This document shows positions 1 through 8,861 of a DNA stretch of 64,000 nt, piece by piece. The stretch is from the NCBI GenBank assembly GCA_001602865.1, contig LUZF01000004.1, positions 15,686-79,685 on the forward strand, in the 5' to 3' direction. This DNA is from Bacteroidales bacterium Bact_14. Lineage in GTDB: Bacteria; Bacteroidota; Bacteroidia; Bacteroidales; UBA932. The translations under genes and the position numbers were made by a program. Under the pieces are notes generated by a model. It made no database searches and was not told the DNA's origin. It worked only from the letters and a program-made list of their open reading frames with translations. Position 1 is the stretch's first letter. Every line of letters starts with the position of its first letter.

Positions 1-444
1 GCCGTCGAAACCTTCGCCAAGGTCGATTCCTCAACCTTCGCGGAAGAGCTCGCGCGCCGCGTCAGTACCTTTGAGATGCGCCGGCAGCAGGACGAGCGGC
101 TCTATGGCCAGTACGCCCGGAGCGGCAAGCCCAAGAACGCCCAGCTGCGCTACGACAGCCTCCAGAAGGACAAGCTCGTCCTGGCGGGGCTGGATTCCCT
201 CGGCAAGGCCCTCGGGGCGCGCCTGGACGACGTCGCCTTCTATGAATATGTCTTCACGGGACGCGGGACCGGCGAGAACTACACCGTCATCTTCGACGAG
301 GTGTATGCGGCGGTGACCCCCGACCTGCGGGTCCTGTCCGTCAGCAAGAAGAAGGCGGACCTGCGTAAAACGACAGGACGCGCCGTCCCGGGCTACGAAG
401 CCCTGATCAAGCGCGTCCCGGATGTCGGGGAAGAAGCGTTATAG
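1..444 (+). CDS. hypothetical protein, 5'-truncated by window edge
   Basis: Frame 1 is open from base 1 to TAG at 442-444 with host-like GC3 codon usage. Convergent with htpG. Confidence 0.7.
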   Translation, partial: AVETFAKVDSSTFAEELARRVSTFEMRRQQDERLYGQYARSGKPKNAQLRYDSLQKDKLVLAGLDSLGKALGARLDDVAFYEYVFTGRGTGENYTVIFDEVYAAVTPDLRVLSVSKKKADLRKTTGRAVPGYEALIKRVPDVGEEAL

Positions 445-447
445 CCT

Positions 448-2298
448 TTATTTCAAGAGTTTCCTGCTGCGGGCGATAAAGTCGCTCAGGGCTTTGCCGT
501 TCAGCATGCCGTTCGCCAACAGGGCGAGGTCCGTGACCTGGCGGAGCAGGTCGCTGTCCTTGTCGCCGTCCTCGCGGATGCGCGCGACGAGCGGGTTCTC
601 CAGGTTCACGATGATGTTGTAGCTCTCCGGCAGGGTGCCGTAGAAGTTCATTCCGCCGCCCAGCGCGCTCATTTCGCGGTAGCGGCGCATGAACTCGCTC
701 TGGGTGATCACGATGGGATCCGCCTCCGGGCCGAGGTTGCGCGGCTCGACGATGTACTCTTTCCCTTCGGGGAGCGCGCTCTTGAAGAGCTCGGAAAGCG
801 CGTTCTTTTCGTCTTCGCTGAGCTCCGGCTTCTTGAGGTCTTCCTGCGGGATGAGGTTCTCGATGCTGTCGGAATCGACACGCGCGAAGCGGCACTCGCC
901 AATCTTTGATTCGAGGAGGTTCACGAAATGCGGATCGACCTCGCAGTCGAGCAGCAGGACGTCGTAGCCCTTGTTCTTCGCAGCCTCGATGAAGGAATAC
1001 TGCTTCTGCGTGTCCGTGGTGTAGAGGAAAACGAGCTGCTTGTCCTTGTCCTTCTGGAAGCCTTCGATGGCCGCCTTGTATTCGTCGATGCTAAAATACT
1101 TGCCGTCGGTGTTTTTCAGGAGGGCGAATTTCATTCCGCGCTCGCAGAACTTCTCATCGGTCAGCATGCCGTACTCGATGAAGAGCTTGAGGTTGTCCCA
1201 TTTCTCCTCGAGCTGGGGACGCTGCTCCTTGAAGATCTCCTCGAGGCGGTCGGCGACTTTCTTGGTGATGTAGGTGCTGATTTTCTTTACGTTGGCGTCG
1301 CTCTGGAGGTAGCTGCGGCTGACGTTCAGCGGGATGTCCGGGGAGTCGATGACGCCGTGGAGCAGGGTCAGGAAGTCCGGGACGATGTCGTCCACGTGGT
1401 CGGTCACGAACATCTGGTTGCAGTAGAGCTGGATCTTATGGCGGTCGATGGCCATCCGCTCCTTCAGCTTCGGGAAATACAGGACGCCGGTCAGCGTGAA
1501 CGGGTAATCCACGTTCAGGTGGATATGGAACATCGGGTCCTCCTCCATCGGGTAGAGGGCCTTGTAGAACTTCCGGTAATCCTCGTCGGTCAGCTCCGAG
1601 GGGGCCTTGGTCCAGATGGGCTCGATATTGTTGACGACGTCGTCCTCGTCGGTATCGACATACTTGCCGTCCTTCCATTCCTGCTTCTTGCCGAAGACCA
1701 CGGGGACGGGCATGAACTTGCAGTATTTGTCGAGGAGCTGGCGGATGCGGCCCTTTTCGGCGAACTCCGCCGCGTCGTCGTCGAGGTGGAGGGTCACCAC
1801 GGTGCCGCGTTCGGCCTTTTCCTTCTTCTGCATCTTGTAGTCGGGGTTGCCCTCGCAACTCCACCAGACGCCCTCGGCGCCCTCCTGCCAGCTCAGGGTA
1901 TGGATGGTCACCTTCGAGGCCACCATGAAGGCGGAGTAGAAGCCCAGGCCGAAGTGGCCGATGATGCTGCCCGCCTGGTCCTTGTATTTCTCGAGGAATT
2001 CGCCGGCGGAGGAGAAGGCGATCTGGTTGATGTACCTGTCAACCTCCTCGGCGGTCATACCGATGCCTTCGTCGATGACCTTGAGGATTTTCTTCTTCTC
2101 GTCCAGTTCGATGCGGACCTTGGGCTCACCGAATTCGCCCTTGAAATCACCGCTGAGGGCCAGCGCCTGCAGCTTCCGGGTCGCGTCGACCGCATTGGCG
2201 ACGAGCTCGCGGAGGAAGATTTCGTGGTCCGAATAGAGGAATTGCTTGATCACCGGAAAGATGTTTTCCGTGGTGACGCCGATTTTTCCGTTTGCCAT
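448..2298 (-). CDS. htpG: molecular chaperone HtpG (Hsp90)
   Basis: LYSDHEIFLRELVANAVDA, DEGIGM, IGHFGLGFYSAF and IPLNVSRSYLQ motifs. Start placed at ATG 2298 (MANGKIGVTTENIFP). Confidence 0.97.
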   Translation of the reverse strand: MANGKIGVTTENIFPVIKQFLYSDHEIFLRELVANAVDATRKLQALALSGDFKGEFGEPKVRIELDEKKKILKVIDEGIGMTAEEVDRYINQIAFSSAGEFLEKYKDQAGSIIGHFGLGFYSAFMVASKVTIHTLSWQEGAEGVWWSCEGNPDYKMQKKEKAERGTVVTLHLDDDAAEFAEKGRIRQLLDKYCKFMPVPVVFGKKQEWKDGKYVDTDEDDVVNNIEPIWTKAPSELTDEDYRKFYKALYPMEEDPMFHIHLNVDYPFTLTGVLYFPKLKERMAIDRHKIQLYCNQMFVTDHVDDIVPDFLTLLHGVIDSPDIPLNVSRSYLQSDANVKKISTYITKKVADRLEEIFKEQRPQLEEKWDNLKLFIEYGMLTDEKFCERGMKFALLKNTDGKYFSIDEYKAAIEGFQKDKDKQLVFLYTTDTQKQYSFIEAAKNKGYDVLLLDCEVDPHFVNLLESKIGECRFARVDSDSIENLIPQEDLKKPELSEDEKNALSELFKSALPEGKEYIVEPRNLGPEADPIVITQSEFMRRYREMSALGGGMNFYGTLPESYNIIVNLENPLVARIREDGDKDSDLLRQVTDLALLANGMLNGKALSDFIARSRKLLK

Positions 2299-2410
2299 GA
2301 TATATGTCGTTTTTCGTTTGTTTTCCGGCAAAAGAAGGATTCAAATTGCGTTCCCGCCCTTTTTTGTATGTCATTTTGGCAGACCCGGAATAATTGCGTA
2401 GTTTTGTGGT

Positions 2411-2851
2411 ATGGCATACAACATCTCACTCCCCCTCCCGGAAGGCTGGACCTGCATCCAGGAAAGCTATCTGGAATTCGACGGCGCCGAGGTCACGCAC
2501 CTGGACGCCCGCCTCGCGGACGCCCGCACGCAGCGTGACAACGCATTCATCGACATCTACGTCGGCCAGATGCCGCCGGACACCAGCGCAGAGGACGAAG
2601 CCCTCGCGAATTATGCCGATATGGTCGGTTGGACGGACGACGACGATGACGAAGACCCGATCGTCCAGTGGACCTTCAACGGGCGCAAGGCCTACGGTTT
2701 CGACGCCTACTGCGAGGACGAGATGCCGATGCGCGTCCTCTGCGTCGAGATCAAGAAGGGCGTCCTCGTCATTATGAGCCTCGGCGCCCGCTCCGACGCC
2801 GCCCTCCTCGACCTCGTCACCCTCGTCGAACACAAGTTCCGTGTCTCCTAG
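2411..2851 (+). CDS. hypothetical acidic protein (possible PsbP/DcrB-like fold)
   Basis: 146-aa ORF with ATG after an AT-rich leader and host codon bias. The fold is a guess only. Confidence 0.7.
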   Translation: MAYNISLPLPEGWTCIQESYLEFDGAEVTHLDARLADARTQRDNAFIDIYVGQMPPDTSAEDEALANYADMVGWTDDDDDEDPIVQWTFNGRKAYGFDAYCEDEMPMRVLCVEIKKGVLVIMSLGARSDAALLDLVTLVEHKFRVS

Positions 2852-2913
2852 CGCCTCCGGCCGCGTTTTAAGCTTTTTCGTAGCCGAAACCGGCAGGTCG
2901 GATCATTGGGGCG

Positions 2914-3636
2914 CTAGCCGAGGAGGCGGAGGAGGCGGGCGCGGTCGCGCTCGCCGGTCAGGGCGGTGACGTGGGCACAGAGGCGCTCCAGGGACTCCGC
3001 CGGGCTGCAGTCCGGCGTCAGCGGGTGGGGCGCGGCGGCGCCGGGGAAGCCGAGGAAGGCCTGGAAGTCTGGCGCTTCGAAGAGGTCTTCCGGGCGGCAG
3101 AAGGAGGCGATCTGCCAGCCGCTGTAGTGGAGGTCCTGCCCGCGGTAGACGCGCTGCAGGTTGCCGGTCACGAGCCGGCACTGCATCTGCAGCCGGGCGA
3201 TGAGCGCGTCCGCCGCACTTTTCTTGATGCCCAGCAGCTCCCGCACTTCGCGGATGGTGACGGCGCCGTGGGCGTCCACGTAATCCAGCACCTGCTGCTG
3301 GACGGCGTCGGGCTGATACTTCGGCAGGGACTGGCGGTAGTTGCGCAGCTCGCGGTACCAGGGCAGCGTCGCGAACGCTGCCTTCCCGCCCAGGAGGAAT
3401 TTGCCATAGGCGATGTCGCCGCTCTCCACGCAGTCGATCTTCCAGTCCCAGGGGCCGAGGCCGTCCTCCTCGCCGTCGAACCAGTAGCGCGGCGGCGTCA
3501 GTTCCTCGATGGAGTAGCCCGGGATCAGATTCTCGAAAAAGGGAATCAGGCCCCATTCCAGAATGGTTCCGTACATGGATTCCGCGTGGTGGACGGTCGG
3601 CTTGCGGAGGTTGCCGGCGTGACGGTCGATGCTCAT
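2914..3636 (-). CDS. AlkZ-related / winged-helix DNA-binding protein
   Basis: PWDWK...IAYGKF...KAAF motif and C-terminal HTH-like segment (IREVRELLGIKKSAADALIARLQ). Start at MSIDRH; the ORF-track extension runs into the tRNA. Confidence 0.65.
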   Translation of the reverse strand: MSIDRHAGNLRKPTVHHAESMYGTILEWGLIPFFENLIPGYSIEELTPPRYWFDGEEDGLGPWDWKIDCVESGDIAYGKFLLGGKAAFATLPWYRELRNYRQSLPKYQPDAVQQQVLDYVDAHGAVTIREVRELLGIKKSAADALIARLQMQCRLVTGNLQRVYRGQDLHYSGWQIASFCRPEDLFEAPDFQAFLGFPGAAAPHPLTPDCSPAESLERLCAHVTALTGERDRARLLRLLG

Positions 3637-3654
3637 TGCTCCCCCGAAGATACG

Positions 3655-3682
3655 AAAAAAACGCAGAACAAGCGTTCTGCGT
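3655..3682 (-). terminator. intrinsic terminator after tRNA-Phe
   Basis: ACGCAGAAC/GTTCTGCGT stem followed by a T-run on the minus strand. Confidence 0.7.
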
Positions 3683-3685
3683 CCG

Positions 3686-3758
3686 TGGTGTTGGCAGGAG
3701 TCGAACCGGCGACACATGGATTTTCAGTCCATTGCTCTACCACCTGAGCTACAACACC
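3686..3758 (-). tRNA. tRNA-Phe (GAA)
   Basis: Reverse complement GGTGTTGTAGCTCAGGTGGTAGAGCAATGGACTGAAAATCCATGTGTCGCCGGTTCGACTCCTGCCAACACCA folds as a cloverleaf with anticodon GAA. Upstream TACCTTTG promoter motif. Confidence 0.97.
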
Positions 3759-3888
3759 ATTTCCCTTTCGGGACTGCAAAGGTAGAAAAAAAACGCAATA
3801 CGCCAAAATATTTCGATAAAATCGTGGATTCCCCGTTTTTGCATGCATTTTGCAGCAAAACAGACTCCGTTGAAAAATGACTATGCAT

Positions 3889-4521
3889 ATGAAAAAAATG
3901 ATATTCCTGGCAGGTCTGACGCTGCTTTCCGCCTTTGTTTTTACGGCCTGCTTCCACACCACGGATCCTGAATTCATCATCACCCTCTCCAAGGAAGACA
4001 TGGTCGGCACCTGGCGGGTTTCCTCCTCCCCGATCCCGTATTTCAACATCACCTTCACGGACAAGGACAATTTCTATACGTACAACAGCGAATACGAAAA
4101 CCAGAAGGGCAAGTACGCGTTCGAGGACGACCAGCTGGTCTTCTATTTCGAAGAGAACGGAAAGACGGCCCGCGAAGCCTACAGCTACAAGTTCATCGAC
4201 GCGGCCCTGACCCTCTTCGACGGCAGGACCGCCGTAATGACCCTGCGTTCGGAGGATGAGAGCGTGTTCTTCGGCAACTGGATGGAACAGGAAGACTCCG
4301 TCTACGGATTCTATCCGGGCGGCACGGTGCTCCATTTCTGTCCGGATGCGCACGACCCCGGCCGGATGATCGTTGACAATATGTTCGCCTTCACGATTGA
4401 CGACAGCAGCAAGCGCTTCAAATTCCAGGACGAAGAATATACCCTGTCTTACGACGGTGGCGAAGTGATGACGCTCACGCCGGTTTCGGGAGTCAACCCC
4501 CGTACGTTCACCCGTCCGTAA
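3889..4521 (+). CDS. hypothetical lipoprotein (lipocalin-like beta-strand repeats)
   Basis: MKKMIF...FTAC lipobox. Two G-x-W motifs (VGTWRV, FGNW). Confidence 0.75.
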   Translation: MKKMIFLAGLTLLSAFVFTACFHTTDPEFIITLSKEDMVGTWRVSSSPIPYFNITFTDKDNFYTYNSEYENQKGKYAFEDDQLVFYFEENGKTAREAYSYKFIDAALTLFDGRTAVMTLRSEDESVFFGNWMEQEDSVYGFYPGGTVLHFCPDAHDPGRMIVDNMFAFTIDDSSKRFKFQDEEYTLSYDGGEVMTLTPVSGVNPRTFTRP

Positions 4522-4529
4522 TTTTTTCC

Positions 4530-4537
4530 TATCTTTG
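4530..4537 (+). promoter_or_regulatory. Bacteroidetes sigma-A -7 element for the riboswitch/btuB transcript
   Basis: TATCTTTG matches the TAnnTTTG consensus immediately before the riboswitch. Confidence 0.6.
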
Positions 4538-4543
4538 TGACGG

Positions 4544-4685
4544 TATCACGGAGCAAGGGAACCGGGCGGAAATCCCGGACTGTGCCCGCAGCTGTGTTCC
4601 CCGTACGTTTTCGCGGCTAAGAAAGCCACTGCCTTCGGGTGGGAAGGCGCCGCGGAAGGGGTAAGCCAGAAGACCTGCCGTGATA
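4544..4685 (+). ncRNA. cobalamin (B12) riboswitch
   Basis: AAGGGAA-CCGGG-GAAA-TCCCGG-ACTG-CCCGCAGCTGT, GCCACTG...GGGAAGG and AGCCAGAAGACCTGCC B12-box. Closing helix TATCACGG/CCGTGATA. Lies upstream of a TonB-dependent receptor. Confidence 0.93.
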
Positions 4686-4731
4686 AGTTCAACCCAGGCG
4701 CCCGGGGTCAGGCGCTGAAAAGTTGCGTCAC

Positions 4732-6480
4732 ATGTTCTTTCCATCCATCCTTACCGCCGCATCGCTGCTCTTTGCCGCCGCGATGCCGGACACCCTTGCC
4801 ACAGCGACCGTCACGGCCGAGCGCGGCACCGTCGTATCGCGCGTCGATACGCTTGCGGTCGCTCCGACCGCGTCCCCGGAGTCCCTTCCGGAAATCCTTT
4901 CCCGCATCCCGGGCATCCAGATCAATGACTACGGCGGCATCGCCGGGCTGAAGAACATCAGCCTCCGTGGTATGGGCGCCACCCACACCGCCGTCCTCGT
5001 CGACGGCGTGCGCGTCGGCAATGTCCAGAGCGGCCAGGTGGACCTCGGCATGCTGGACCTGACTTCCGCCGGCGCCGTGACCGTCGATTACGTCAATTCG
5101 AAAATCAATATCCGCACGGCGCGGCCCGCCTTCGCGGACGGCCGGAACTTCGGCGGCTTCGTCCGCCTGGGCGGCGGTACTTATGATACCTGGGTACCTT
5201 CGGGCCGCCTGGACTTCCGCCTCGGCGACGGCCTCGCCCTGAGCGTCAACGGCGCCGGCGTCCTGAGCCAGGGCAATTACCGCGACAACAATGACATCAT
5301 TGAATACCGCGGCGGCATCGACCTCTTCGGGCGCGAGTGGAACATCAAGGCCTACGCCAACAGCTCCGTCCGCGGCTGCCCCGGCTCCATTTCCTGGCCG
5401 GCCCCGCTGGACCGCCAGACCGACGGCAACTACTTCCTCCAGGGCTCCTGGAGCCACCGTTTCAGCCCGCTCTATGACCTTTCCATCAGCGCCAAGGGCG
5501 CCTCGGACCACCTTCACTACTACGGCGACTCCGCCGGGTACGTATACGAGAACGACTACCTCCAGCGGGAAGCCCTCTTCAACATGGAACACGGCTTCAC
5601 CCTTTCCGAGACCCTCCGCCTCGTCCTGGAGGACAACCTCCAGTTCGACCACCTGAAGACCGACGCCTACAACACCCCGACCGCCAGCCGCACCGCCCTG
5701 GACAGCAAGGCGCTCCTTTCCTGGACGCCCGGCCGCTTCCGCGCCGATCTCGCCGCCCTCTGGCAGGGCATCTGGGACAAGGGCGGCGTCAACCGCCACG
5801 TCCTGTCGCCGTCGGTAGGCCTTTCCTATGCGCTTCCCGCCGGCTTCACCCTCGTAGGCACCCTGCGCCGCGCCTACCGCGTCCCGATGTTCAACGACCT
5901 CTATTATGCGGGAATGGGAAATACGGACCTGCTTCCGGAAGATGCCTGGATGTCCGGCCTGGAACTGGCCTGGACCCGCAGGACCGATGCCTGGCAGTTC
6001 GACGCCGGCGTGGACGGCTTCTACAATGACCTGAAGAACAAGATCATCAGCGCGCCGACGGCGGATCCGTGGATCTGGAGCATGTTCAACCTCGGCGCCG
6101 CGACGGTCAAGGGCGTCGACAGCCGGGCCTCCGTGCGCCGCACCGCCGGCTCCGCGACCTGGGGCCTCGCCGCCGCCTGGACCTGGCAGGCCGGTACGGC
6201 CATCCCGTACCAGCCCCGCCACTCCGGCAGCCTGACGGCCGACCTGTCGGCCACCGGCTGGCGCGCCGCCGCGACCCTCCTCCACCGCGGTGTCCGCGAG
6301 GACTCCTACGGCACGCAGATGGACGCCTACCGGCTGCTGGATTTCTCCCTCTCCAAGGAGATCAGCCGCTTCACCCTGATGCTGGACCTGAAGAACATCC
6401 TGGACAGCCAGTACGAGGTCGTAGCCGGTTACCCGATGCCCGGATTCCACTTCCTGGCGGGCCTTCGCGTAAACTTCTAA
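4732..6480 (+). CDS. btuB: TonB-dependent receptor, BtuB-like (cobalamin)
   Basis: Plug motif ISLRGMGATHTAVLVDGVRV, YRVPMFNDLYY, C-terminal YPMPG...LRVNF. Under the B12 riboswitch. Confidence 0.85.
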   Translation: MFFPSILTAASLLFAAAMPDTLATATVTAERGTVVSRVDTLAVAPTASPESLPEILSRIPGIQINDYGGIAGLKNISLRGMGATHTAVLVDGVRVGNVQSGQVDLGMLDLTSAGAVTVDYVNSKINIRTARPAFADGRNFGGFVRLGGGTYDTWVPSGRLDFRLGDGLALSVNGAGVLSQGNYRDNNDIIEYRGGIDLFGREWNIKAYANSSVRGCPGSISWPAPLDRQTDGNYFLQGSWSHRFSPLYDLSISAKGASDHLHYYGDSAGYVYENDYLQREALFNMEHGFTLSETLRLVLEDNLQFDHLKTDAYNTPTASRTALDSKALLSWTPGRFRADLAALWQGIWDKGGVNRHVLSPSVGLSYALPAGFTLVGTLRRAYRVPMFNDLYYAGMGNTDLLPEDAWMSGLELAWTRRTDAWQFDAGVDGFYNDLKNKIISAPTADPWIWSMFNLGAATVKGVDSRASVRRTAGSATWGLAAAWTWQAGTAIPYQPRHSGSLTADLSATGWRAAATLLHRGVREDSYGTQMDAYRLLDFSLSKEISRFTLMLDLKNILDSQYEVVAGYPMPGFHFLAGLRVNF

Positions 6481-6484
6481 GCAT

Positions 6485-7288
6485 ATGTTCCTGAGTCTTT
6501 TATATGTAGTTTTATCCGGGATTGCGCTCCCCGTGGGCGGCATCCAGATGCAGTATCTCTGGCGCAACCAGCTCGGCGACGTGTACTCGCTCGGGCTGGG
6601 CAGCGCCGCCTGCCTCGGCGCCGCGGCCGCCACGATGAGCGGCTGGTGCTCGCTGACCGTCGGCTCGTTCATCTGCACGCTGGTCTGCACGCTGATCTGC
6701 TTCTTCGTGACCCTGCGCGTCAACACCCAGAAGCTCATCACCTTCGGCATCCTCTTCGGCACCTTCATCGGCTCGCTGGGCACCATCGTGGTGACCAACG
6801 CCCCGAACGGCGACCTGCTGAAGAAGTATTACCTCTGGGGTGCGGCCAATTTCCGCCTGGAAGAAGTCACGAGCGGGGACATCGTCTTCTCGCTGGTGCT
6901 CTTCGCCGTCGGCTTCGGCGCGGCGCTCTGGACCAGCCGCGAGCTGACCCGCCACTTCCGCGGCGAGATCGAACTCCCGAACTGGAAAAAGGCGGTCAGC
7001 CTGCTGCTGATTATGTTCCTCGTGACCTCCGCCGTCAGCATCTGCGGCCCCATCGGCTTCATCTCCCTCGGCGTCCCGAACCTCAGCCGCATCCTCTGCG
7101 CCAAGACCGACATCCGCTACCACTACCTGATTTCCAGCGCGATGGGCATCGGCCTGCTGCTGATCACCTGGCTCGTGGTGAATTATGCCAGCTTCGGCGT
7201 GTACCTCCCCGTCAGCGCGACGATGGCCATCCTCGCCCTCCCGCTGATGGTCCTCGTCTTCACCGGCCAGAAACAACCGACGGAATAA
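6485..7288 (+). CDS. FecCD/BtuC-family ABC permease (short)
   Basis: MQYLWRNQLGDVYSLG resembles Q..FRNPLA.P..LG. AVSICGPIGFISLGVPNLSR motif. Highly hydrophobic. Confidence 0.75.
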   Translation: MFLSLLYVVLSGIALPVGGIQMQYLWRNQLGDVYSLGLGSAACLGAAAATMSGWCSLTVGSFICTLVCTLICFFVTLRVNTQKLITFGILFGTFIGSLGTIVVTNAPNGDLLKKYYLWGAANFRLEEVTSGDIVFSLVLFAVGFGAALWTSRELTRHFRGEIELPNWKKAVSLLLIMFLVTSAVSICGPIGFISLGVPNLSRILCAKTDIRYHYLISSAMGIGLLLITWLVVNYASFGVYLPVSATMAILALPLMVLVFTGQKQPTE

Positions 7289-7366
7289 GTACCACGCCCG
7301 CGAAGTGATCTTTCTCTGACGCAACGGCTGCAAGCAGCGCCACGAAGACAGGCGGTTTCTTCATTC

Positions 7367-8854
7367 TCAATGCTTCTGAACCTGCAGGAGCAGGGGCAGG
7401 CGGCCGTCGTCGATGAGCTTCAGGATGAGCTCGCCGAAGAGGGTGTTCTGCCAGGCGAACCAGCTGCGGGTGTAGCGGGTCGCGTCGTCCTTGTGGAAGG
7501 ACTCGTGGATGAAGCCGGTTCCGGCGTCGGTATCCACGAGCATCTGGAGACAATCCAAGATCTCCGCATCGTCCTGGCTCGTGAAGGCGCGCATCATAAT
7601 GGACATCGGCCAGACCATATCGAAGCCCACGTGGGGGCCGCCGATGCCCTCGCCCGCCTTGCCGCGGAAGAAATACGGATTGTCCTCGCTCCAGACCAGG
7701 CGGCGGGTGTTCCGGTAGACCGGATCGTCCGCCGGGACGTCGCCCAGATACGCCATCGCCAGCAGGCTCGGCACGTTGGCGTCGTCCATCAGCAGCTGGT
7801 TGCCGAAGCCGTCCACCTCGTAGGCATAGACGGGACCGTATTTCGGATGCCGGTAGATGGCATACTCCTTCAGGGCCGCATCCACTTCGTCGGCCAGGAC
7901 CGTGCACTCCCCTGCCAGCTTTTCGTTGGCGTTCACGCGCGTCAAGATGTCGGAAGCCTTGCGCAGCGATGTGACAGCGAAGAAGTTGGACGGAATCAGA
8001 TAAAGGAACAGCGTGGCATCGTCGCTGGGCCGGAAAGCCGAGCAGATCAGGCCGCAAGGCTTCGCGGGATTGCCGTAGCCGCTGTTGGCCATCGTGTCGT
8101 ACTGCGCGGCGGTGCGGCGCTGGAAGTGGTACGGGCCGTGGCCGTCCTTGCGCTGCTGCTCGCGGAAGGTCTGCAGGATCTTGCCGACCGCCTCGAGCCA
8201 GACGTCGCCGAAAATGCTGCTGTCCCCCGTCACACGCCAGTACTCGTACGCCAGGCGGATCGGGTAGCAGAGCGAGTCGATCTCGTATTTGCGCTCGTGG
8301 AGGTAAGGGTTCATTTCCGTCAGGTCCCGCTCCCATTCGCTGCCGGTCGGGCCGGCGTTGAACGCGTTGGCGTACGGATCGATGCAGATGAGCTTGAGCT
8401 GCCGCAGGATCGTGCCCCGCACCATCTTGCGCACCGCTTCATCCTGGTTCGCGAACTGGACGTAGGGCCAGACCTGCGCGCCGGAATCCCGGAGCCACAT
8501 CGCGTGGATGTCGCCGGTATAGACAAAGGTATCGTCGTCACCATTCTCGTCAACACTGTAATGGACCGTCGTGTCGAGCGTGTTCGGGAAGCAGTTCTCG
8601 AACATCCAGGCCAGATAGGGCGCATCTGCGAGAAGCTGCTTGACTTCCCGGATCCTGGCCTCGATCGCAGGGGCGGTAAAAAGCCGCGCTTCCGGCGCCG
8701 GGCGTCGGGTCACGTCAATCGACTCCGCCGGGCCGGCAATCGCCTCGGCGAACGAAGGTCCGCCGGTCTCTTCCGTCTTTTTCCCGGACTGGCACGCCGG
8801 GCACAGAAGCAGCAGGGAAAGGGCCCCTGCTGCAAGAAAACTCCTGGTACGCAT
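7367..8854 (-). CDS. GH125 exo-alpha-1,6-mannosidase (lipoprotein)
   Basis: TGDIHAMWLRDS, ERKYEIDSL, FRPSDD, MDDANVPSLL, HESF, FAWQN. N-terminal lipobox. Confidence 0.92.
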   Translation of the reverse strand: MRTRSFLAAGALSLLLLCPACQSGKKTEETGGPSFAEAIAGPAESIDVTRRPAPEARLFTAPAIEARIREVKQLLADAPYLAWMFENCFPNTLDTTVHYSVDENGDDDTFVYTGDIHAMWLRDSGAQVWPYVQFANQDEAVRKMVRGTILRQLKLICIDPYANAFNAGPTGSEWERDLTEMNPYLHERKYEIDSLCYPIRLAYEYWRVTGDSSIFGDVWLEAVGKILQTFREQQRKDGHGPYHFQRRTAAQYDTMANSGYGNPAKPCGLICSAFRPSDDATLFLYLIPSNFFAVTSLRKASDILTRVNANEKLAGECTVLADEVDAALKEYAIYRHPKYGPVYAYEVDGFGNQLLMDDANVPSLLAMAYLGDVPADDPVYRNTRRLVWSEDNPYFFRGKAGEGIGGPHVGFDMVWPMSIMMRAFTSQDDAEILDCLQMLVDTDAGTGFIHESFHKDDATRYTRSWFAWQNTLFGELILKLIDDGRLPLLLQVQKH

Positions 8855-8861
8855 ATGCTGA

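Noticed and set aside
928-2538. Long antisense ORFs (also 4708-6798, 7370-8905, 28966-31098, 31061-33757, 42771-44738, 47092-49224, 50646-53075, 55962-57974)
   Set aside because: They mirror well-recognised genes on the opposite strand. Strong GC3 bias suppresses antisense stops, and the translations have no family motifs.
3686-3758. tRNA-anchored genomic islands at tRNA-Phe or tRNA-Glu
   Set aside because: No integrase and no duplicated tRNA 3' end seen in the window.
7367-8854. Polysaccharide utilisation locus around GH125 or GH3
   Set aside because: No SusC/SusD pair or sensor-regulator is adjacent; these are stand-alone CAZymes.
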